A stretch of DNA of 64,000 nucleotides, taken from NCBI GenBank assembly GCA_902551155.1, contig CACDBG010000001.1:4532-68531 (forward strand), in the 5' to 3' direction. Source of the DNA: an uncultured Verrucomicrobiota bacterium. GTDB lineage: Bacteria > Verrucomicrobiota > Verrucomicrobiia > Limisphaerales > UBA1100. The notes below the pieces were generated by a model. It ran no database searches, was not told the origin of the DNA, and saw only the letters and a list, made by a program, of their open reading frames with translations. A program made the position numbers and the translations under genes. Of the stretch, positions 57,566-64,000 are shown one piece after another. Numbering within the stretch: position 1 is the stretch's first letter; each line of letters starts with the position of its first letter.

Positions 57566-58752
57566 TGAATATAACCCTGCACCCAACCTCTGGAACCCTG
57601 GGGGGGGATGGTGTCGGCAGTATCCTTGCCATCGGCCAAAGTAAATGCGATGGCGAGAGGGAATTTATCTTTGGGTGCGTTTCGGGTGTAGGCGCCTTCG
57701 CCCCAGAATTGCCCCTTGGCAACCAGGTCAAGGCGGGTGACCTTGCCATTTTTTGTTTCGAGTTTCCCCAAAAGCTGCGTGTCGTAACCGCGATCGCCCT
57801 TGGCGGTTTTTAACTGAACCGTTGCACGTAATTGTCCGTTTATGATTTTTCCTTCAAGTTTTTTAATCTCGTTTTCCCGCCACATGGTTGGTTCACCGCG
57901 GGTGTTATCGACGAGGTGATAACGGGCGAGGCGTTTAAGTAAGCTTTTAGGTAATTGGCCTCTGGCCAGCGTGGTATGCTCGTCGGCGCGAATCCACAGG
58001 TTATCACGTCCCAAAGACGTCTGGAAAATCCGGCGGAATTCATTCTCCGGCTTCTCGTAGCCACTTAGGATTTTGGAAGTGACACGCACCACCAATCCGC
58101 CTTCGGGTGGCTGCGGGTTGTATCGTGCATCCGGCGATCCTTTCGTGATAGCTGCCACTTTCACCGGTTGATGCTTTTGCAGGGCTGTTTGCAACATACG
58201 TTGCAGGCGTTGCGCGCCGCGGTTGTTGGTAAACGCCAAAAGCGTTCCAGCTGCATCAGCTGTATAAAGCCCCTGTGTGGTGCCGCGGCCTATCTTTCGT
58301 GGACCTTGATTGGCAATCTTTTGGTAGAAGCGTCCTTCATTATCCTTTTGCCGGCGCTGGTAGGCTTGATCGATGGCTACGGGGATAAAGCGGGTTTGGA
58401 GGAGCTTAACGATGGTGGGATCGGCAAAAGTCGACTCACGGTCGAGCACACCATTGTTTCACGTGCAACCCAGGGGATGTCCGTCCATGGCCCAGATAAA
58501 AATCGGCTTTCCTTCCCGGTTGGCAGCTGCCTGCGCATCCAGCACTGAGGTTTTCCATGGGATGGTCCGCCAGGTTGCTTTGGGATTGGGCTGCAACTCA
58601 CGGTGCAATTTTTGAAACTCCTCTTTGGTCAGTGCCAAAGCGGATTGGACAAAAAGAAGGGGTACCATCCCCCATAAAATTATTAATTTGGGTCTCAAGA
58701 TTTTGCTCCAATCATAGTAATTATTTTTTATCCCGGTGGTAACGCGCCGCAA
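57562..58752 (-). CDS. secreted thioredoxin-fold-like protein interrupted by an in-frame TGA (58459-58461): candidate selenoprotein or disrupted gene
   Basis: Track ORFs 58459..58752 and 57562..58449 share one frame and are separated only by TGA plus 9 nt. The joined sequence reads ...REGKPIFIWAMDGHPLGCT[TGA]NNGVLDRESTFADPTIVKLLQTRFIPVAIDQ..., with signal-like LIILWGMVPLLFVQSALA. An alternative start is ATG 58668. Confidence 0.45.
58423..58461 (-). other. TGA plus downstream hairpin (SECIS-compatible geometry)
   Basis: Numbering from the U of UGA as +1: the upper stem UCGAC/GUCGA spans +17..+21/+27..+31, the loop CGUGA spans +22..+26, and the weaker lower pairs GGUG/UGCC span +10..+13/+36..+39. 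I folded this by eye only. Confidence 0.3.
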
Positions 58753-58980
58753 TTGGCACCAAAACGCAATCGAGTCCAGTCAGCTGCCTGAGCTACCAAG
58801 TAAAGGATAGGGGAAAAGAAAAGAACAAGGAGCTGGCGCATGACACAAAGTATTCATCTACGTGTATTCTCTGGCAAGAGCTCATCCTGCTATGAACCAG
58901 AAAAATAGCGGAAGGATTGCAGGCAATTCGGCCGGTTTTCTTGACATTTCGCGGCAATTCCTAGATAGACTCTGCCCCTC

Positions 58981-60624
58981 ATGGCACAGGATAATTCACT
59001 GATGGATGCGATTGTCTCGCTCTGTAAGCGGCGCGGTTTTGCCTTTCAGTCCTCTGAGATTTACGGCGGGCTAAAGGGTCTTTGGGATTACGGGCCTCTG
59101 GGAGTGGAGCTCAAGCGCAATATCAAGGAAGCCTGGTGGCGTGATATGATTACCACTCATGATGAGCTGGAGCAGCCTCAAGGTGCGCCCAGTGCCTTTC
59201 AAATGGTCGGGATTGAATCCTCCATTATCATGCATCCGCGGGTATGGAAGACTTCCGGTCATTACGATCTATTTCATGATTCAATGGTCGATTGTCGTGA
59301 GAGTAAAAAGAGATACCGCTATGATCATGTGAAAGGGCGTTGGGTGATTTATGAGGGCAGTAAAGTATTTATTACCATTGCGGGAGATGAGGATGATTTG
59401 CAATCGGCTTTGAGTACCCGTGCTTTGCAGTATTTTGGATTAAAGGCGAAGTATGCTGATAGACTCGAGTGGGAGGGTAAGATCTGCGATTTGCCGTCGG
59501 TTAAAGATCACAGTCAGGTAGTAGGCCCTGATACCAAGGAGCTGGGAACGTTAACTGAGCCTCGTGAATTTAACCTGATGTTTGAAACTTATATCGGGGC
59601 AATGCGTGATGAGGATAATAAGGCATTCCTGCGTCCTGAGACCGCGCAGGGCATGTTCGTCAACTTCAAGAACATCATAGATAGCAACCGTGTAAAAGTG
59701 CCCTTTGGTATTGCCCAGCAGGGTAAGAGTTTTCGTAATGAGATTACCCCGCGTAACTTCACCTTTCGCAGCCGTGAGTTTGAGCAGATGGAGATGGAGT
59801 TTTTCTGTCATCCCGACGATTCCTTTAAATGGTATACCTACTGGCGCGATCGTCGTTTCAAGTGGTACACCGATCTGGGAATTGACGCCTCCAAGTTGAT
59901 CCTGCGCGATCACGAAAAAGATGAACTCTCCCATTATTCAGTTGGGACTGCAGACGTGGAATATGCCTTTCCTTTTTGCGAGGAAGGGGAATTTGGTGAA
60001 CTGGAGGGCGTTGCCCACCGTGGTGATTTCGATTTGCGTTCCCACATGGAAGGCAAGCTCGTGCGCGAAGGCGAGGAACTGGTGGTGGAAAAGGATCAGG
60101 CAGGAAATCCAAGATATCCAGGAAGTGGCAAGGATCTCACTTTCTATAATGACGAAACCAAGGAACGTTTTGTTCCTCATGTAATCGAGCCGGCTGCGGG
60201 TGCCGATCGCACGGTTTTGGCCTTTATTTGTAACGCCTACAATGAAGAGACGATTACCAATGAAAAAGGCAAGGAAGAGACGCGTATCGTGATGAAGTTT
60301 CATCCGCGTATTGCCCCATACAAGGTGGGGGTTTTTCCGTTGCTCAAGAATAAACCGGAACTGGTAGCCAAGGCACGTGAGGTTTGTAATTTGTTACGGC
60401 CTTACATGGCTGTTTTCTACGATGAAGGCGGGGCCATTGGGCGGCGTTATCGTCGTCAGGATGAGGCAGGCACACCCTTTGGGGTGACGATTGATTTTGA
60501 TACACTGGGTGAGAACGGTGAAGAAACAAAGGATACCATTACTTTGCGTGATCGGGATACCATGAAACAGACCCGCATGCCCATTAGTGAACTTTTGCCG
60601 TTTCTGCTGGAGAAAATCCGGTAG
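58981..60624 (+). CDS. glyQS: glycine--tRNA ligase (homodimeric class II type)
   Basis: 547 aa. MDAIVSLCKRRGFAFQSSEIYGGLKGLWDYGPLGVELKRNIKEAWW, RPETAQGMFVNF, and FRNEITPRNFTFRSREFEQMEMEFF are collinear with GlyQS. Confidence 0.95.
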   Translation: MAQDNSLMDAIVSLCKRRGFAFQSSEIYGGLKGLWDYGPLGVELKRNIKEAWWRDMITTHDELEQPQGAPSAFQMVGIESSIIMHPRVWKTSGHYDLFHDSMVDCRESKKRYRYDHVKGRWVIYEGSKVFITIAGDEDDLQSALSTRALQYFGLKAKYADRLEWEGKICDLPSVKDHSQVVGPDTKELGTLTEPREFNLMFETYIGAMRDEDNKAFLRPETAQGMFVNFKNIIDSNRVKVPFGIAQQGKSFRNEITPRNFTFRSREFEQMEMEFFCHPDDSFKWYTYWRDRRFKWYTDLGIDASKLILRDHEKDELSHYSVGTADVEYAFPFCEEGEFGELEGVAHRGDFDLRSHMEGKLVREGEELVVEKDQAGNPRYPGSGKDLTFYNDETKERFVPHVIEPAAGADRTVLAFICNAYNEETITNEKGKEETRIVMKFHPRIAPYKVGVFPLLKNKPELVAKAREVCNLLRPYMAVFYDEGGAIGRRYRRQDEAGTPFGVTIDFDTLGENGEETKDTITLRDRDTMKQTRMPISELLPFLLEKIR

Positions 60625-60642
60625 TTCTTCATACACTTTGTC

Positions 60643-61401
60643 ATGACCCCAGATGAGGCAGCTCAGTTGCTCGAGAAGTTCCGTGCCGGCAAAATTAGCC
60701 AAGCGAAGGTGCTGGCGGCATTGGGTAAGGAGCCGGTTAAGGATCTTGGTTTCGCCCAAGTGGATCAGCATCGTGCTCTGCGACAGGGGTTTCCCGAGGT
60801 GATTTTCGGGGCCGGTAAGACGCCCGTGCAGGTCGTCAAAATAGCTGGTGAAATTCTTAAACAAAGTGATCGGGTGCTTATTACCCGCATTACGCATGAT
60901 CACGCCAAGCCATTAAAGAAGAAGTTCAGCAAAGCCGTTCATCATGAGGCTGCCCGTTGTGTGGTGATTGAAAAGAAAAAGGTTAAATCCAGAGCAGGCA
61001 CCATCGCCATCCTTTCTGCAGGGACCAGTGATCAACCGGTCGCTGAGGAAGCAGCCATTACCGCTGAGACGATGGGAAACAAAGTCCAGCGTCTTTACGA
61101 TGTGGGGGTTGCCGGCCTGCACCGGCTGCTTGGGCGTATGGAGGATTTCCGCGAGGCAAATGTTATTATTGTGGTAGCGGGCATGGAAGGGGCTCTTCCC
61201 AGTGTGGTTGCAGGTTTGGTGGATAAACCGGTTATCGCGGTGCCGACCAGTATCGGGTATGGTGCCAGCTTTGAAGGTGTGGCGGCTTTACTCGGCATGC
61301 TTAATAGTTGTGGCAGTGGGGTTACGGTGGTGAATATTGACAACGGTTTTGGTGCGGCTTATGCCGCCAGTCAAATTAACTGCCTCGTGAAGGACCAATG
61401 A
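60643..61401 (+). CDS. larB: nickel pincer cofactor biosynthesis protein LarB (AIR carboxylase-like)
   Basis: 252 aa with DQHRALRQGFPEVIFGAGKT, AILSAGTSDQPVAEEA, and VVAGMEGALPSVVAGLVDKPVIAVPTSIGYGA. Confidence 0.85.
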   Translation: MTPDEAAQLLEKFRAGKISQAKVLAALGKEPVKDLGFAQVDQHRALRQGFPEVIFGAGKTPVQVVKIAGEILKQSDRVLITRITHDHAKPLKKKFSKAVHHEAARCVVIEKKKVKSRAGTIAILSAGTSDQPVAEEAAITAETMGNKVQRLYDVGVAGLHRLLGRMEDFREANVIIVVAGMEGALPSVVAGLVDKPVIAVPTSIGYGASFEGVAALLGMLNSCGSGVTVVNIDNGFGAAYAASQINCLVKDQ

Positions 61402-62357
61402 AAAGCCTGTTCACCTATATTACTATGATATCGGTTTGGCTCGGGGTTTCAATAGCCTGCGGAGCTACCCCCCCAAAGATTTATGCACAATTGCAGGCAG
61501 CCTCAGTGGAGATTCTGGTCAATGGACGTTTGGCAGGATCAGGAAGTGTAGTCGATAGCCAAGGACATGTACTCATAGCCAACCATATGGCGCCGGGTGG
61601 TGGGGTAAGGATTGAAGCTCAATCAAAATCTTTAGGCAGGCACGCACTCAAGATCGTGGCACGAGATAAGGCTCATGACTTGATGCTGCTTGTGCTGCCT
61701 CCGCGCAAGGAGGCCTATTCGCATCTTACATTGGCCAAGGATCAACCCAAAGCCGGCCAACCGGTTTTTCTTTTTGGCGCTCCGGTGTTCCGCCATGAAG
61801 TAATGATTTCAGGCAAGATGGCTCGAAGTCAGCCAGCTTATGAATTTTATGATGGGGCGTTCCGGGAGATCTTTCACATTTCAGCAATTGCCCCGATCGG
61901 TACTTCCGGCGGGCCTTGGGTGAATGGCAGAGGGGAATTGATTGGAGTGCAGAGTGCAGCCATGACTATTAATGGTGCTCATCAGGGGATCGCTTATGCC
62001 AGCCCTTTGGCTTCACTAAAAGGACTGCTGAAACAAAAGCAGACCACCCAAAGTGCTACTCTGCAGACAGGAGTTGAGGAGTTATGGGGGCAGGAACCCG
62101 GTTTCATTAAAAAATTACCCAAGGATTTTCACGGATTGGTGGTAAGGCAGTTGCAAGCCAACGGAGTTGCCGCCAAGGCGGGTTTAAAAGAGTGGGATAT
62201 TATTGTGGCTGTTGCGGGTAAGCCGGTCGACCGGACTGACGAACTGATCGGTTTTATTCGGAGTCAGAAGCCGGGTCAAAGCGTTGAAATAAAGGCTACT
62301 GATCGGGAGGGAAAGAATGTGCGTAAACTCTCGATTAAATTGGTTCCGCTTCAATAA
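61398..62357 (+). CDS. trypsin-like (S1C) serine protease with a C-terminal PDZ domain
   Basis: 319 aa with a signal peptide. Triad context IANHMA / AHDLMLLVL / GTSGGPWVN. The PDZ-like region is GLVVRQLQANGVAAKAGLKEWDIIVAVAGKPV. Its start overlaps the larB stop by 4 nt. Confidence 0.85.
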   Translation: MKSLFTYITMISVWLGVSIACGATPPKIYAQLQAASVEILVNGRLAGSGSVVDSQGHVLIANHMAPGGGVRIEAQSKSLGRHALKIVARDKAHDLMLLVLPPRKEAYSHLTLAKDQPKAGQPVFLFGAPVFRHEVMISGKMARSQPAYEFYDGAFREIFHISAIAPIGTSGGPWVNGRGELIGVQSAAMTINGAHQGIAYASPLASLKGLLKQKQTTQSATLQTGVEELWGQEPGFIKKLPKDFHGLVVRQLQANGVAAKAGLKEWDIIVAVAGKPVDRTDELIGFIRSQKPGQSVEIKATDREGKNVRKLSIKLVPLQ

Positions 62358-62367
62358 TTTAAAGCGG

Positions 62368-63927
62368 CTACTTCTTAGGAGGCAGGATAAGCGGTAGTTC
62401 TCCTTTTTCTTTGTCGCGTTGAAGTTTCTTTAATTCCTTTTTGGTTAGGGTCTTGGCTTTGCTGTTGCGTTTACTTGATGCGTTGAAGCTAAGTGAATCA
62501 ATCATCGTACCATTCAGGGTGGCTTTTCCAAAAACGGGGCTTTCCACTTCAAGTTTGTCTTCAACCCAGCTGATCAGTTTGAAGTCCAGTATTCCACCAC
62601 CTTTCAGGGTTGCTCGAACCATTCCTTTACCCGGTTCTTGATCACCGGTCTCTTGGCTGGATTTGGTAAATTGAATCAGGCTTGAATTAGCCCAGGGAAT
62701 ATCCACTTCACCGAAGCTACTCTTTATTTTTACCTTTCCATCTTCAATCCGGATGATAGTTCCGGTGACGGTATCGTCATTAACCAGTCGGATGGTATCC
62801 TGCTTGGGGCTGATACTTGTATCGGTTGTGGCAATCGGTTTGCTTCCATCCCATTGGCTAATCCGGATATTACTGATTTTCAACGGGGAAGACGCTCTTG
62901 AAGTAAAGAGAAGCCCGTTGCCCTTGCCCGCAAAGGGTTCCTTATCCTTCCAGTTGGCGATCTGAACGCCATTCACTGAAAGAAAAAAGGATCGGGCTTT
63001 TTTGTTGGTTCTTAGTGAAAACCTTGCCCGGGAACCAATCCCGGTAAGGTTAACCCGGGCGTTAGGGCCGAGACGCTCGGACATGAAATTGTCATTCTCT
63101 TTACTCTGCCGGGCGAGGTTAGCTCCGGTTTGACTGAGCTTGAGTACGTAAGAGCTTCCGTTGGATGGAGATTTAAGGTTATCGGTAAACAAGTTAACAT
63201 TTAGCGAAAAGTAACCGGAGTTGCGTCCGGTGGTGGACCAGTCCAGATCAAATTCTATTAATGCCTTATCAGGAAATTCCACCTTACGTCCTGCGGTAGC
63301 TCCCGTCCCGTTACTGGTAATGGCCCCCGCTTTAAACTCAAATTTACCGGTATTTTTTTTGGGGGGTATAAGGGGAGCTCCTCCACCAAATAAAAGGTTA
63401 CCGAAGCCACCCGCGGCAGCGTTTTTGGAGGAACCAAATACCCAGTCTTTTTCTGAGGAAGGCCCACTGAAGACGATTTTTCCTGCACCGGTAGTTGCGG
63501 GAATAATGGCTTTAAGGTGGGCGCGTTTAAATTCTATCTGGCCTGCAGGGGTATGGTTCATGACTACGCGTTGGGCATCTGCCAAGTCCAACTGGCCTGA
63601 GAGGGCGTTTCCATTGGCAAGAATCACCCGGCTCAGGCCCGATGGAATATTGCCAGTACCTATAAAGGTAACACGGTCGATACCCGATGGATCAATTTGT
63701 AAAGCAGGTTTAATATTATTTGCCTCCCATACCAGTCCAAGCTTGGAATCGAACTTGAGAAACTTACCACTGATAACATCACCATTGAGCATGTATACTG
63801 CTTCTACATTGGCTGAGGCTTTTCCCAGAGCGGGCACGCTCATCATGGGGGCCCGGGCAGCTTGAGTGGAGATAGTTGCCAGCAAAGCCCCAAGGAAAAT
63901 AAAGTACAGGCGGAACATCGGCTTCAT
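62368..63927 (-). CDS. hypothetical secreted protein with repeated beta modules and a jelly-roll-like core
   Basis: 519 aa with signal MKPMFRLYFIFLGALLATISTQAARA and a Lys-rich tail. I recognise no catalytic motif. Confidence 0.6.
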   Translation of the reverse strand: MKPMFRLYFIFLGALLATISTQAARAPMMSVPALGKASANVEAVYMLNGDVISGKFLKFDSKLGLVWEANNIKPALQIDPSGIDRVTFIGTGNIPSGLSRVILANGNALSGQLDLADAQRVVMNHTPAGQIEFKRAHLKAIIPATTGAGKIVFSGPSSEKDWVFGSSKNAAAGGFGNLLFGGGAPLIPPKKNTGKFEFKAGAITSNGTGATAGRKVEFPDKALIEFDLDWSTTGRNSGYFSLNVNLFTDNLKSPSNGSSYVLKLSQTGANLARQSKENDNFMSERLGPNARVNLTGIGSRARFSLRTNKKARSFFLSVNGVQIANWKDKEPFAGKGNGLLFTSRASSPLKISNIRISQWDGSKPIATTDTSISPKQDTIRLVNDDTVTGTIIRIEDGKVKIKSSFGEVDIPWANSSLIQFTKSSQETGDQEPGKGMVRATLKGGGILDFKLISWVEDKLEVESPVFGKATLNGTMIDSLSFNASSKRNSKAKTLTKKELKKLQRDKEKGELPLILPPKK

Positions 63928-64000
63928 CCTGAGGTAAAACTCACCTTAGCGTCAAGCTGCCGGGTAAAAGGCGAGGTGTTTTCATTATTTCTGGTTTAGT

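Noticed and set aside
58941-58967. Perfect TTGACA (58941-58946) upstream of glyQS as a sigma70-type promoter
   Set aside because: The best -10 candidate, TAGATA (58962-58967), is only 15 nt away and is weak. PVC promoter rules are uncertain, so this is not reportable as a feature.

Overview
This is a gene-dense chromosomal window with about 58 protein genes on both strands. I found no rRNA, tRNA, CRISPR array, transposase or integrase. The gene content suggests a PVC-superphylum bacterium (Verrucomicrobiota/Planctomycetota-like): a prepilin-type H-X9-DG protein, ThuA and DUF1080 proteins, a 'membrane-bound dehydrogenase'/HEAT/CxxCH heme-binding pair, a sulfatase, and a GldG/DUF4340 ABC system. 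Layout from left to right: (1) a secreted MBL-fold hydrolase plus an unknown secreted protein; (2) an LPS-core/lipid export cluster (GT2, GT2, GT4, MsbA-like, GalE); (3) a Ser/Thr kinase divergent from a five-gene TolC-adaptor-ABC efflux operon; (4) a sugar-oxidation-type cluster (TIM-barrel epimerase, DUF1080, ThuA, ThuA-NPCBM-dehydrogenase-HEAT giant, CxxCH protein); (5) HIT, an unknown protein, NrdR, CutC, a transglutaminase-like protein and a 3-blade PQQ-like lipoprotein; (6) a MntR-cyclase-SDR operon divergent from a pentapeptide-repeat K+ channel plus HDOD protein; (7) a complete F1Fo ATP synthase operon atpBEFHAGDC; (8) an HtrA + ABC-2/GldG/DUF4340 operon; (9) a GntP permease and scavenging enzymes (esterase, Tat-PhoX-like, sulfatase, e(P4) phosphatase) with a TPR lipoprotein; (10) a thioredoxin-fold ORF pair joined by an in-frame TGA, a coupled CxxCH alpha/alpha-toroid protein, then GlyRS, LarB, an S1C protease and a large unknown secreted protein. 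The best lead is the in-frame TGA at 58459-58461. It sits at a Cys-Thr-[TGA] redox-type position with a SECIS-compatible hairpin, so it is either a candidate selenoprotein or a very recent pseudogene. The second lead is the efflux adaptor, which carries a LysM-like insertion and two Spy/CpxP-like LTXXQ modules and is paired with a split ATPase and two paralogous FtsX permeases. All family calls come from motif recognition by eye; no database search was possible.
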